A stretch of DNA of 64,000 nucleotides from Fimicolochytrium jonesii (lineage: Eukaryota): the NCBI RefSeq assembly GCF_025526975.1, contig NW_026515700.1, positions 1 through 64,000 of the forward strand. The letters run 5' to 3'. The translations under genes were made by a program, and so were the position numbers. The notes beneath the pieces were generated by a model. It was not told where the DNA came from. It was given only the letters and a program-made list of their open reading frames with translations, and searched no databases. Below are positions 36,685 to 49,879 of this stretch, piece by piece; position 1 is the stretch's first letter; every line of letters starts with the position of its first letter.

Positions 36685-37152
36685 ATGGTTCTAAGGACAA
36701 AGTACCCGGACCCCCGCCGCCCCGAGAGTATCATAACCCTCGGCAAGGAGCCCATCGACAAACCCGGAGAGAGCGACCCCGGCTTTGCATTCACAGCAGT
36801 CGCTCTCGCCGCGGGTGAGTCCGGCAACTCCCCACCATCATAACGCCGTATTCGAAACTCACGTCTTCTCCCTCCCATGAAAAGGTGCTGCCGGATTCTT
36901 CTTCCAGAATCGCTGGCCGCTGTGGGTAGCGTTGTTTTTCGCGGTTTTGGGGTTAACGAACCATACTGGGGGGAATAGTAGTTCGGGATCACCGCCTACG
37001 GGGATTTTGACGTAAGTACTATTACCGCGGGACGTTTCTCGGTGGTTGGAATGCTGGGAACTCAGCGTTGTACGTTTCGCAGATTCGCTATCATGGTCTT
37101 GGTCAGCACTTATGCCAAGATGATCAACTCAGGGGAGCTCTTCAACGTCTGA
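36685..37152 (+). CDS. Asterix/PAT10-like small ER membrane protein (3 exons)
   Basis: Missed as a whole by the ORF track. MVLRTKYPDPRRPE..., NRWPLWVALFFAVLGLTN, FAIMVLVSTY; introns with GTGAGT and GTAAGT donors keep the frame. Confidence 0.7.
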
Positions 37153-37704
37153 GACTGCTTAGGAGTGCCCGTTGAGCGAGCCTGCGGGGGTTCATGCGTA
37201 CGACCACGAGTCCAGGCGCAGTGTTCATGGACGAGTCGACGGTCCAGATTCCCCTTGATATCCGCCGCGATCGGCATCGCTACCGATGAAGTCTGAGGCG
37301 CCGCGCGCGGCCGAGTCCTAGATGATGGGGCGTCTGATCCGAGAAACTCGGCTGTATCGCATGAGGGTGCCAGTTTGTACCAGTGTGTAGCATAGAGAGT
37401 GCAGAAACATTTTGGAATCTATGGTACATGGAACGAAGGACTGTTCCGATCACCTGTACGGTAAACCCTGGCTGGTCAAACATGTCGACCCGCTATTGAG
37501 CAGCAGCTTGACGGGAGAGACCTACGAACCGCTATTCCGAGCTATCAATGTGCTTTACATATACGCCTTGAGACAGTAATCGACCCGGTCGTCCTGTGCT
37601 AGCTATGCGCGAGTACACCTAGTGTTGCGTAGTGTAAAATCGCACCGCCCCTGCACTTCCGTAGGCGATGTACCCGAATGAAGCACACGACAAACCCGCA
37701 ATCC

Positions 37705-38917
37705 CCTACTTGCGATCAAACGGTGTCCGATGCCCGTACTGAACAGCGCAAGACTGTCAAATAAAGTCCAACACAGAGTTTGAAACCTCAAAGTCGCCAC
37801 TCACCGACGCCAACACCCCCACAGCGCTCCTCAACCCAAACTGCACAACATTAGACACCTCCGCGGTCGTCCGCCCAAACGTCGCGACATCCTGCAACCG
37901 CCTGTCCAGGAACTTCCACGTCTCTTGGAAGTCGGGCGATTTGTCTTGCGTCATGTAGACTTCAGTGGAGGTGTAGACCCCCGCGAGCATGGCGCGTTTG
38001 CTGTACCAGTTCATCTGTTCCGCAGGGAGGGCTTTGGTAAGAGTTGATATTTGGAGCAAAGGGAGGGTTGCTACGGCAACTCACATCAACGGATCGGTCG
38101 CCGGCGAGATACCAGATCTCATCTACCAGTTCGCCTAGATTCCGCAGTGACATGGGCACGTTTTGCGGTTGGGCCATCACCGCAAGAGCCTGTGGGATTC
38201 GTGAACCTGTCAGCACGTTGCATCAGGACAGTACATATGCCTGAAATTCAACTTACGTCTGGCCACTTGGATATAAACGGCGCCGTCAACTGCAGCCGCT
38301 TAACACACGCCGTCCGAATCTTCACCGGAATCCGCATGCTAAACCCAACATATTAAGCCTCCACCCATTCCTCCAACCAACTCTCACATTGCCGTCCAAC
38401 CCGCACCTGCTCAAATCCATCCCCTCCAACTCCGCCCGCATCTCATTCTTACTCTTCCGCAAAAAATAATCGATCAGATCCGCGCCTCCGCCTGGAAAAA
38501 GGCCGTGCAGGACGGACGGGTAGCCGAGATCTTTTGCGGCGGCTGCTAATGCGTCGATGGTCCAGCCCTTTGCGGGGACGTGGGAGAGGGCGGTTTCGGC
38601 GAGGCGGGTTTTGATATCGCTGTCCGGGTTTGGGGTTTAGCTACCGAACTCCGCATTCCGCACTTCCTCACCAAGGGACCCGCCACCAACCTCGTTGAAG
38701 AAGCCTCGATTGTCGGGGTCCCCTTCACCCGTTCCCGAAGGCGAATGTTATAGTCTAAGCTCTCCGTAGAGTCGGGACCTGTTGAATAGTTGGACGCCGT
38801 TGGAGGTGACAACCTCGTCGTTCTGCATAGTAGAGCGGCGCATCGAGTGCCGGTTATGCTGGGGGTCGGACGGAGGGATGCTGGCTTGGTGGCGGCTCTC
38901 CGGAGTGCTGCCATCAT
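37705..38917 (-). CDS. COQ9: Ubiquinone biosynthesis protein COQ9 (3' end approximate)
   Basis: HVPAKGWT, HGLFPGG, VDEIWYLAGDRSVD, NWYSKRAMLAGVY, TWKFLDRRL. Confidence 0.93.
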
Positions 38918-39137
38918 AGAAGTTGTTCTCGGGTTGGGTGTCTGGGGTCGATGTAAGAGTGCGAACGGTTGAGCGGCGGAGGAGTTGAGCCTGTTCCGCC
39001 TGTTCCGCCGGGACGCGTGCGAAAGAGGCGAAAAGCCCCCCCTTGAAGTTGCCTCACTTCTTCGACCGCCATTCCCCGTCACCTTCGCAAAACCCCCGAT
39101 ATCGGCATCTGCTCACTGACCCGTAGGCTTGCCAGCT

Positions 39138-41311
39138 ATGTCGGCGTTCCTCGCAGTCTTCACTGCCGTCCTCGCCGTCCTCGCCGCCCTCATCCTCGGA
39201 ACCCTTCACAAAAGCAGCCGCCGGCGGAGATCATTCCCAACAAAACGCAACCCCGTCCTCGGGTTCTTCCATCCCTACTGGTACACCTCACCCGCCCGAT
39301 CCTCCCCACTCAATATCCAGTTCCTAACCCCTCCTATCGCTACAGCGACGCAGGCGGCGGCGGCGAACGCGTCCTCTGGTCCGCCATCCGCGCCATCCAA
39401 ACCCACCACCCACGCACAACATGCGTTATCTACACCTGGTCCAAAGCCGGGCCGCCTTCCCAGATCCTCGCTAAAGTGCGGTCGCAGTTTGGCGTGAAGG
39501 TGGATGAGGGGAGGGTGGAGTTTGTGCGATTGGAGACATGGGGATGGTTGGCGGCTGATCGGTGCGTTCTGGGGTTGATGTATGCATAGGGCTCGGGTGG
39601 GGGATAAGCGTGCTGACCTGTGATGTGTGTCGTGCAGGTATCGCTTCATGACGCTCCTATTGCAAAGCCTCGGATCGCTGATAACGGCATGGGAAGCGTT
39701 GCGTTTATACACGCCTGATGTTTTCGTGGGTACTTTGAGATGCGGACCTGTCCTATCCCACCCAAACGTCAATGAAGGGTCATCTGAACGTTTTTCTCGG
39801 GGGCCATGTTTTTCCAGACACGGTCGGATTCGCATTCACCTACCCTCTCGCGAAGCACGTCTTTGGCTGCAAAGTGGTCACGTACGTGCATTACCCGACC
39901 ATAAGGTATATATGCGCGTGTGCTATCCCCCATCCCTGCCCCCGACCGCCGCTGACATCTAACTACCCGACACCAGTTCCGACATGCTAGGACGCGTAGC
40001 AGCTCGTAAAGCTGGGTATAACAACTCGGGTGCGGTGGCGAGGAGTTCGGCGTTGACGGGGGCGAAGATATGGTAAAAACGTTCACCCACTCGTGCCTGC
40101 GTGTATGGTGCCGACACTGACATCAAGCGTGTGCAGGTACTACCGGCTTGTGGCATATCTATACGGCCACGCCGGCCGAGCCGCAGACGTCGTCATGGTA
40201 AAAAAAAAAACACACGCCCCCTCTCCCTCCCTCGTCCCCCGTTCATTTAGATCATCCCCCCCACATAGCTGACATCCCGCCCCTCCGAAAGGTAAACTCG
40301 ACATGGACCCTCAACCACATCACCACCCTCTGGCGCATCCCGACCCGCACTTCCATCGTCTACCCGCCGTGCGACACCGCCGCCTTGAAATCCTTCTCCC
40401 TCGACGATCGCGAGGAGGTGATTGTGGCTGTCGCGCAGTTCCGACCAGAAAAGGACCATACCCTACAACTGGACGCGTTTGCGAGGCTGCTGGACAAGTA
40501 TCCCGAACATCGCGACCGGTTGAAACTCGTGATGATCGGGGGCAGCAGGAACGCGGAGGACCGGGGACGGGTGGCGGTGTTGGGTGAGCGGGCCCGGGAG
40601 CTGAACATCGCGGTATATATCCATATTCTGTGCGAGCTAATATGGCCCATCTTGGGGGTTTGGTCTGCTTATCTTTTCTTTTGTCCGATTTTATGTACCC
40701 TTAGGAGCAAGTACAAATAATAGAAAACGGCTCCTACACCATCCTCCTGTCCCACCTCCGCAAAGCCTCGCTGGGCCTGCACACGATGCGGGATGAGCAT
40801 TTCGGGATAGGGATTGTTGAGTATATGGTGCGTGGCGCGCCACCTAAATTCACAATACGCATATGGGGAAGTCAGTTTATGTGGAAGGTTGGGGATGACT
40901 AATGTACGTTTTATGATGCTTTTTTTAGGCGGCTGGTGTGATACCCGTAGCGCATAACTCGGGCGGGCCCAAGTTGGATATCGTGACGGAGGTTGATGGG
41001 GAGCCCACAGGTATGTACGGGCGGTTGGTGTTCTCGGAGAGAGGGAAAGGCGCAACTACTCTCTACCATCGGGGTAATGGGACCTTGCACTGATGCTGTT
41101 GTGATGACTAGGCTTTCTAGCAGAAACAGCAGAAGAGTACGCCGACGCGCTGCACCGCGCGCTAAAGTTGTCAGGCGATGCGCAAAGGGCGATGCGGAAC
41201 CGCGCGCGGGCGAGCGTTGTGGATCGGTTTTCGGAGGAGGTGTTTGCGCGGGGGTTTGTGGAGGCTTTGGGGCCTTTGTTGGCGGGTGGCGGCGATAAGA
41301 GGGAGGATTGA
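39138..41311 (+). CDS. ALG11: Alpha-1,2-mannosyltransferase ALG11
   Basis: [56 protein letters not shown]. Confidence 0.95.
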
Positions 41312-41451
41312 ACTCCGTCGACCGGTTCAAGATCAGGCCAGCTGATAAATGCATGTATGCAGGTGACTCCGTGTATATAGAGCGAGTCTTAGAAATGCGG
41401 GGAAGTCCCGGCCGACGGCAAGGTGCATATTGTGCCGCAAATCCATGGATA

Positions 41452-43370
41452 TCATATAAAATACTCCTGCACAACCTATCAAAGACCCATCCAGTGAATC
41501 AATACCCCGTCCCCCATCGCCCAACCCCCATACCCCACCCACACACCCATATCCCCTTACCTTAGTCAAATCGGCCCCCATTGGGATATTAAACGCATCA
41601 TCCACCTCCAACGGATCCCTCAACGCGCCGTACACCTGCTTCTTACTCGCTGCCTGCTGGCGTTTGCGCCGCAACAGCGCCGCGTTGCCGTAGCTTTCTT
41701 CGGGGTAGTGGGCTGTGAGATCGTCGGCGGGGTCGGGGTTGGGGTTGGCGGAGTCGCGCTCTTGGTCGGGGCAGGGACCGAAGACGTTGAAGTAACGTTG
41801 CAGGCCGGGCCCGATTTGGAGGACGGAGGCCTGACAAGGAGACGGTCATCGTTAGGTTTGAGAGGACATGCACGCGTGTGTCGGAGCGCGGGTGTATTGG
41901 GAACCACCTACCATGTTTCCAGCCCGATAGCAGTAATTCGGCGCAGACCATACGGTCGAGAGCATATCATCGAACAGAATCTGCCAAAAAGTCCGATGAG
42001 TCCCCCATCTCCTGCTCTCTCGTCTCGCCCATACAAGTCAAGATCGTGTCCCGAACCTGGTATCCCTCCATACACAACTGATGCGCGCGACAAATATGCC
42101 CCAGCCCATTCGTCTCCAGAAATTTCCGCGTCACCTCCTTCCCGAAGATGTAGCCTGCCCCGCGCGGTGATATTGCAAAGTCGCCTTTTTCGTCGGCGAA
42201 GACGCCCGTGGTGAAGGTGGGGGGTGTGGAGACGGGGTCGGACCAGACGAGGTCGGCCATGGCGCCTTCGTGGGGAATTTCTGCGAAGGGGAGTGTTGAG
42301 TTTTGGGCAGAGTTCATCGAAGAATCACACTGACATGAGCGTACCTCGAAACCGGTCCAAGACTCGTATTTGGTCGACGGTGTGTATAGATGGGCTGAGA
42401 CCTGGATTCGAGATTGAGATCTGCGGTGAGCGCTTTCCGGTTTGATTTCCCCCTTCCCGTCATGGCATCCTCACCTCCATGCACGCAAAAAATCGAATCA
42501 TCAATCACCACAGACAGAACCAGGTAATCGAACAAGTCCGTGAAATAGGACCAGACGTTCGAATTGCCGTATTTCCGCATGCACTCTGTATAGAACCCGT
42601 ATGTCTGCGGGGTCCGAAATCATCAGTATGGCATAGAACGTTCCCGAACCATCAACGAATCAGCAACATTCTTCAACCACGATGCGCATGTGATGAAAAC
42701 TCATCAACCACCAACATCAACCGTCGACCATCAACCTTCAACCGTCAACCATTGAACATCAACCATCAACCACCCATCAACAAACACATGGGGGGAGGGG
42801 AGTATTGCACCTTTGGCGCAATGTGGTGCTCGTTTCCGCTCGCAAGAGATCTGACGCTCGCTGAGGCTCGCCAAGAAATGCGGTGACGTCTGCAAATCCC
42901 ATCGCAAACTAACTCTGCACCTCGCTCGGTGGACTAACCTGCGTAACGGCTCTAGACTCATGGTTCCCACGAATCAGTGTAACCCTCGTGGGCCATCTCA
43001 GCTTCAAACACATAAGCAATGTAATAGTTTCCACGGAATGGTATCCCCTATCGACGTAATCGCCCAGAAAGACGTAGTTGGTTGACGGAGCCCAGCCGGC
43101 GATCTTGAAAATCTCCAATACGTCGAAGAACTGTCTATCCTCCCCCGCCCGAGTCGGTCAATTCACATCTCCAAAACAGATACATCTGAAACTGACGATC
43201 ACTTACCCGTGAACATCACCGACGAGTGTCACGGGTGCAGATACTTGGGTGACGTTTCCTTCTTTGACGAGCAGTTCTTTTGTCTTTTCGCACAGTTCGC
43301 GGATGATGGTTTCCGAGAGGAGTTGGTTGCGGTAGAGCCGCTCGATGAATACGTCGAGGTCCCAGCTCAT
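41452..43370 (-). CDS. PPG1: PP2A-family Ser/Thr phosphatase catalytic subunit, PPG1-like
   Basis: [50 protein letters not shown]-terminal EYFI. Confidence 0.85.
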
Positions 43371-44671
43371 TGCTGGATATGTGGGGACGGGTGTGGCACG
43401 GCAGCTTGTAGATATGTGTATGGGAGTGCGAGGCTCCTAGCGAGTTCTTCCGCGAGGCAGCCTGCCTGATTCTGAATCTTCAAGTTGAACGGGCGACCAC
43501 CGGGCGAAGGGAACGCTTTTGGGCAGACGGCGAGACGCGCCTTCGAGTCAAACGTTCATGATTCATCACATCATATGGCGGGCGGTTTTTGTTCGCGGAC
43601 GACGTTGGCTTTCCCGCAGGACGGAACTCACATCTCCGATGGCTTGCCTTGAGGAGACTTCCCTTCCCTCGGCTTGCGCTGGCTTCTTTTCAACACTCAT
43701 GAGCTCTGATGCATCAACTACGCCTGGCGACATCTGTTATTCATCCTCTTGGATACGTTGCCCGTCTATGTAGATTATGCGATTACATTGATGCGCCCAG
43801 TGATGGGATCGAAGGAGATATGAAACATCACGGCAATGGCTGGCGTTCCACATGTTCCTACGTATGTCTGTGAACAGCAGGCATCACTCTATGAGACGTC
43901 AGGAATCCGGATGAGAATAAACGAAAGCCCTGATGATCTTTGCTTTCTGATAACTCATGCATCAATGGAATGAGCGATTTGGCAAGTGATGTTTCAGACG
44001 AGAAGGAGGAAGAAAGATGCAATGGATGCAGGAGGTGGCAGAACATGGTATGTTTTGCAAAGAGGCGAGGCGGTGTGGGAGTATTGGAAGGGCGCCGGAC
44101 GGACGGACGGACGGAGACGCGTGAGGGAAGACCAGCGACTGTGGCAATAATCATCACAGGGAATCACGCACGCCCCTGCTCGCATCTCTCTACTCTCTCT
44201 CGCTCGCTCGCGGTGGCCGCTCAAGCCCCCCCCCCCCCCCCCCCCCCCCCCAAAAGGCTCACTCAACATCGACGGCTCATCACTCATACCCTCCACAGAC
44301 TACCTTCTCAATACAAAACTGCTCCCGCCGAAAGTAGCAACCACCGCCAGTAGTCCAAAAACGTTTCTCAACCTTAGTCAGCGCGCCACAGAGTCCCCCA
44401 AAGAAGCACTCCCACCGCTCTTCCACCCACTCCCACATCCGCAATCACGGCCTCACACACAGACCCGGCCCCAGACGACGACAGAAAGCCCTTGCGCGCT
44501 ACCTTCCAACGAAAGAAGGCAGTACTTGAGCAAGGCGCTACTCAACCTCCACCACTATCACCTGCTGCAAATTCAGACACTGAGACTAGTGGTGGTAGTA
44601 CGACGACAACATCAACAAGCGGGAACGACGCCCGCGAAGTGCAGCTGGAACGAGATCTAGGAGACAACAGT

Positions 44672-46201
44672 ATGCGTGGAGTACCAAACCAGGATGAGAA
44701 TAACTCCTCTCCCCCGCTGAGGAATGGAGGGAGGGAGGAGGATATGAACCCTCAATGGGAAGGTAACATCAACAACAACAACAATAACAATAACAACGTT
44801 AATGGCAATGGTGTGTATGAGGAGGGCTGAGCGGAACGGAGTGAGGGAGATTGCTTGAGGTTTCGGTTTCGAGAGAGATGCCTGATGTTCGCGGGCGAGC
44901 GGAGCGAGCCACATTGCGCCAAAGGCGCAATACTCTCCTCACATCGGTCTTCACAACCTCCTCGTCGCGAGCGGAGCGAGCAAGCAGGGTATCGTTCAAT
45001 CATCGTCCAAACAACCATCCATCGCTTCGCTCTGTTCGTGCTTGCGTTCATCCTTCGAGCCTCATACTCACCCCCCTCATTCCCTTTTACACAGCCGAGT
45101 ACTATGACGATGAAGAGGAAGAGACTGGGGAAGAAGAAGAGTTTGAAGAAGAGGAAGAGTTGGAGGAATCTGTGTCTGGCTCGGAATCAGGATCATCGGT
45201 CGTCACATGGGTCAGCTGGTACTGCTCAAGACCAGGTATGAGTCTCCCATCCCCCATTTTCTCCCACAAATCCAATGATGCTTAACCTATACTTCAACGG
45301 CAGGCTACGAATACTTCACCGAAGTCCCCGACGACTTCATCTCCGACGAATTCAACCTCACCGGCCTCCAAAACGTCATGCCCTACTACAACGAAGCCCT
45401 GGACCTTATCCTCGACCTCGAGCTCGAAGAGCAAGTCTCTCCACCCATCATGACCATGTATGAGACCGCCGCGGAGTACCTGTACTCGCTGATCCACGCA
45501 CGCTACATCCTCACCAAGCAGGGGATGGCGGCCATGGCGGAGAAGTTTGAGGCGGGCGTGTTTGGGACGTGTCCGAGGGTTTATTGTGGCGGGGCGGGCG
45601 TGTTGCCGGTCGGGTTGACGGATTCGTTGCATGTGGATAGTGTGAAGCTTTGTTGTGGGCTTTGTGGGGATATTTACGTGCCGAAGGATGTGAGTACCCC
45701 TGTTCTCTGTGTCACCCACATCCCTTCTCCCCATCCTAACATGCCCCTTCCCACCACGGTTGCCAGCCAAAACACCAATCAATAGACGGCGCCTGCTTCG
45801 GCCCCACCTTTGCCAACCTCTTCTGGCTCACCTACCCAGAATACATCCCCCTCCTCCACCCCCCAAAAAACCACCCGACAACAACAAGACCCCGCCGGAA
45901 GCAAAAACTCTTACCCCCGACCGCCGAACCCAACTCCAACTCCAACTCCGATACCTCCAACTCCGACACGGACGATGATGACGAGGACGACGAAGACGAG
46001 ATACCCGGCGACGTGCGTGGTCTACCAGAGCTAGGAGCAGAGGAAGAAGAAGAAGAAGAAGATGACGAATTGGACGAGGAGGTGTACCGGATATACACGC
46101 CCAAAATATTCGGGTTCCGGATCAACGAGCGGAGCAGGGTCGCGAGTCGGATGAAGTGGCTGAGGTGGAAGGAGGGGATGGATGTCAGGGCTGTTAGGTG
46201 A
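44672..46201 (+). CDS. CKB1: Casein kinase II regulatory subunit beta (start approximate)
   Basis: WVSWYC, EYFTEVPDDFISDEFNLTGL, LYSLIHARYILT, FGTCPRVYC, DGACFG, YTPKIFGFRI. Confidence 0.93.
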
Positions 46202-47204
46202 TGACGGGCGTTGGGGGCCCGACCTCCCGAATGTATCACCACCGCGCATCAACGCCGACCGAACTATCATTTACCCTCTGCGAAACCCCCCACTTTCTGA
46301 ACAACACACAGGGCCGCATACCCCACCTAGCACTTCCCTTCAGTTCACACTAGCCGCGTCCTTCTGTTTCCGCGTATTTCTGTTATATTTAGGCATTCGT
46401 CTATGAGCGTCTCCGCGCGTATCAGGGTATATTTCCCGATTCCCGCCACCTGTATATACACTTGTAGAAAAAAAAAAAACTCCCCGGCCCTCCTTTCGCA
46501 CGTTTATGTGCTGTATTGCCCATTTCGTTTGGGGATGCTGGTACTGTATATCTATTCCTGTCTTTGATACACACGGGAGGCTGCTACTCCGGATTCCAGG
46601 GAGGTCGGTATCATGTGCATGTACGTCTCGAGATAGCCGCGGGGGGATACTTGATTTCAGGAGCGCACGCCCCCAGTCTTCTCTCATCACCCTACTCCTT
46701 CGGAGCCGTGCGTTTGCCTTCGGGTGCAGAAGTCTCGCTCCTCGTCATGGCCGCAAGCGCAGCAGCGTCGTTAGCGGTATTGTATCGTTAGGTTTATTGC
46801 GTTTTGCGTCGGCCCGTGGTCCCGGGTGGTGGGCAAATCTCCTCGCACTGCGTTCTCATCCTCACAGCTGCCTGGAGAGGAGACGCAGTGATGCCGCCTC
46901 CCCACCAAACTGGGCGGCGTGTACAGGTTGCTAGCACGGGGCTGTGAGCGGGTTGGTGGTGGGGGAATTCGATGGAGGGGAGGCTTCAGCTGTGGCATCC
47001 GATGTGGATGGTTGTGTGATGATGGGAAGCGAGTGGGGCGCTGTCACCGGGTTTCAGTGGTGTTCGCCTGCATCGGCTCCACATTGTTGACGGCATCTGG
47101 GCAGTCCCGTTTCCGCAGCCCTTGCGGTGTGCACGGGCAGCGGTGGTGGCGGTGCCAATGTCGGGATTCGCGGGCGGGTCCTCATCAACCGCCGTCCCAT
47201 CGTT

Positions 47205-49571
47205 TCAACCGGGGCGTACACCGCCATCTCCTTCTCGCTCCCCATCCACCTTCGGCCTCCATTTCCTCCCCTTCTGCTTCCGCACCACCTTCCCCACCTC
47301 CACTTCCACACGCATTCCCATCTCCTCCACCTCCTCCAGCCGTTCCCTCTTCTCCACCGCCCTCTTCTTTCGCGTCCTCTTCTTCCCCAAAACCTCCAGC
47401 CCAAGCTCTTTCCACACTTTCAGCCCCTCCACTTGCACCACCCCACCGCCGTGTAACACCTCCCACCCTTTATCCATGTCCCCGTCGCCGAGGACTTCAC
47501 ATGCGCGGTAGAAGAGGCGTCGGGGGTCTGTCTGCGGGAGTTTGGGAGGGGTATAAGCATGTACCGCCTGTCGAAGGAGATTCAGTAATTCAGGTGTAAG
47601 CGGCTCTTTCGTGAAATTCCACATGGCTTTCAGCTGGTTTTCGTAGGTTGGTATAGTGGGTTTGTATCCCTTTCCGGTGAGGAGGGCGATCATCTCGTTC
47701 ATTTTGACAATGTCGTGGGCCTCGGAGGTGGCGTAGAGGGCGATCATGGCGTTGATATTGTTCTGATTTTCAAGTTTCGTGTCTTTGATATACTTGTTCC
47801 ACAGGTCCTCGCACTGTTCGCGGTGGCCGTGTCGAGCGTAATTTCGTAGCTCGATCTCAATGTACGTTAAGGGCGAGTGGGGTGTATACGGCGCGTTGTT
47901 GTTGATTTCCATTTGGAGGCGGTACTGCGTGCACAGGCGGGCGGTGGAGAGGGTGCAGTTGGCCTGGAGCAACCCGGTGATAAGGAATTTGTAGAGCTCG
48001 GGTGTTGGTATGAGTTTGACTGAGCGCATGAGATCGCCGAAGGTTCCTTTCCACTTGTGCAGGGCTTCGCCTAGAATTCTCCACGTCATCTGGTCGGCCG
48101 CGACATGTGGGTCTCTCCTAACCCGAAAAAACATCATGACCGTTCTTCGGACGTCGTCGGTTTGGCAGAATGCGTTCAGGATGGCGTTGTAGCTTTTGAT
48201 GCCGGGGGGGAGGGAGTGGGAATCCATCTCGCGGAAGAGGTCGATGACTTTCGGGTAAGTTTTTTCCGTGGCGTATGCCGAGATCAGGGTCGCGTAGTTT
48301 TTCACCGAGACGCCGTAACCTCCTCGGCGGGCCCGGTGACTCATAAGGGCTTCGGCTTCTTTTGGGTTCCGCATGATGACGGCGTAGTAGTGGATCAGGG
48401 CGTCGTAGTCGTCTGCATCGGGCGGGATTCTGTAGTCCCGGCCCAGCTGCAGGGTTCGCTTGAACCGGGGATGGTCTTTGTGTTGGATGAATGCGTGTAG
48501 GAGTACTTTGAACGCCCGGCGGTCGCCTTTGCCTTCGTTATGCTCCGTGGCGAAAGCTTGGAATGCGTCCAAGGCTTTGGCGGGATTGGTTTTGGCCAGT
48601 GCCAGCAACTCGAAATTCCGACCTTCCTTCAACACAAACCCCTGCGAGTTGGCCGCACTCAGATACTCCCGCACTTTGTCCAGGTTCCCTGCTAAGCCGT
48701 AGGCGCGCACGAAATATGCATAGGTGTACACATCTGGTGCGACGTTGTTCTGCTGCATGATCTTCGACACCCATTCCATGTTCTGGATTACAGTCTCACT
48801 CGACCGATCTTCCCACTTCATTATATGATGGAAGTTGACCATCTGGTATAAGAGGGCGTTGTAGTACTTTAATTGAATGTCGGCGGTAGCGCCATCCGCC
48901 TCGACTTTTCGAAACTTTTCCCATGCTTTTGCAGCCTGTCGCGCTCCGATTGCTGTGTAGAACTCGTCGAGGACAGTTTTTTCAGACGAGGGTAGCGGGG
49001 GCGCCAGGTGTTCGACATCCATTCCGGCAAGCTGCTCCAGCTGAACCACGTCCCGCCCAAGTTGCGTCTTCGGGATGACGGAGCGGTTCGTCCCCTCGCC
49101 GGTACGGCGGGCATGAACGAAGAGATCCGTCTTGGGATGGACCTCGGCTGCGGGCTGTGAATCTCGATATTTGCGGAATCTCGGTTTTAGTTCTAGTATA
49201 TCCCTGACGAGGTCCGTCTGAGATCTTATGATCTCTGTCGTGCCGACCTCCGCGGGTGATGGAGGAGCTTGGTGATCTGCATTTGCCACTTCGGTGTTGC
49301 GTCCAGGTGTCCCATCTGCTCCGTTCGCTGTCGTCTCTGTCTCATACGCTACCGACTCTTGTAGCTTCCCCTGCGTACCCTGTACCGTCTCTATGATCCC
49401 CACCTCCGGTTGTTGGGCTGCAGCGCTGTCATGCGACCTCCGAAAGTGATCGGTTCGTGGCGGCAGTTGAGGTAAGACGGCGACGGCTCTGCGACGAGCA
49501 GCCGGCCGCATCTGACCCGCCGCAACAGCACGGGAGGGCCTAAGGGTTCGATATGCCCATGTTCCCACCAT
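47205..49571 (-). CDS. Pentatricopeptide-repeat protein, probably mitochondrial
   Basis: Long ORF with PPR motifs (PDVYTYAYFVRAYG, NYATLISAYA, SYNAILNAFC, PTIPTYE) and an Arg-rich presequence-like N-terminus. Confidence 0.85.
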   Translation of the reverse strand: MVGTWAYRTLRPSRAVAAGQMRPAARRRAVAVLPQLPPRTDHFRRSHDSAAAQQPEVGIIETVQGTQGKLQESVAYETETTANGADGTPGRNTEVANADHQAPPSPAEVGTTEIIRSQTDLVRDILELKPRFRKYRDSQPAAEVHPKTDLFVHARRTGEGTNRSVIPKTQLGRDVVQLEQLAGMDVEHLAPPLPSSEKTVLDEFYTAIGARQAAKAWEKFRKVEADGATADIQLKYYNALLYQMVNFHHIMKWEDRSSETVIQNMEWVSKIMQQNNVAPDVYTYAYFVRAYGLAGNLDKVREYLSAANSQGFVLKEGRNFELLALAKTNPAKALDAFQAFATEHNEGKGDRRAFKVLLHAFIQHKDHPRFKRTLQLGRDYRIPPDADDYDALIHYYAVIMRNPKEAEALMSHRARRGGYGVSVKNYATLISAYATEKTYPKVIDLFREMDSHSLPPGIKSYNAILNAFCQTDDVRRTVMMFFRVRRDPHVAADQMTWRILGEALHKWKGTFGDLMRSVKLIPTPELYKFLITGLLQANCTLSTARLCTQYRLQMEINNNAPYTPHSPLTYIEIELRNYARHGHREQCEDLWNKYIKDTKLENQNNINAMIALYATSEAHDIVKMNEMIALLTGKGYKPTIPTYENQLKAMWNFTKEPLTPELLNLLRQAVHAYTPPKLPQTDPRRLFYRACEVLGDGDMDKGWEVLHGGGVVQVEGLKVWKELGLEVLGKKRTRKKRAVEKRERLEEVEEMGMRVEVEVGKVVRKQKGRKWRPKVDGEREGDGGVRPG

Positions 49572-49879
49572 CTTGGCTTGGTGAGAGTGCTCCCAAAAAC
49601 GTTGGAGCACACTCGACTTCACAGGAAGCGAGGCAGTTCGGTTTATATGCCCGGATCACGTGGACGGCAGATGAGTTTAAATGGGAGCGTTCTGCTTTTA
49701 TGTGCGATCGCAGTGTCACCCCCTCCTCTGCCCTCCTCCGCCCTCCTTGCCCCGGCCAAAAGCACTGCTCTGTTCCAAAGCAAGACCATCTACATCTCCT
49801 TCGGCCAGCACTCAACCGGAACCCGCTTCGCTCGCAATAACCATTTCTGTGTCATCTCCCACCTTCACACTCGACCACA

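Noticed and set aside
37005..37020. U1 snRNA 5' end (ACTTAC on minus)
   Set aside because: It is the reverse complement of the GTAAGT donor of an Asterix intron
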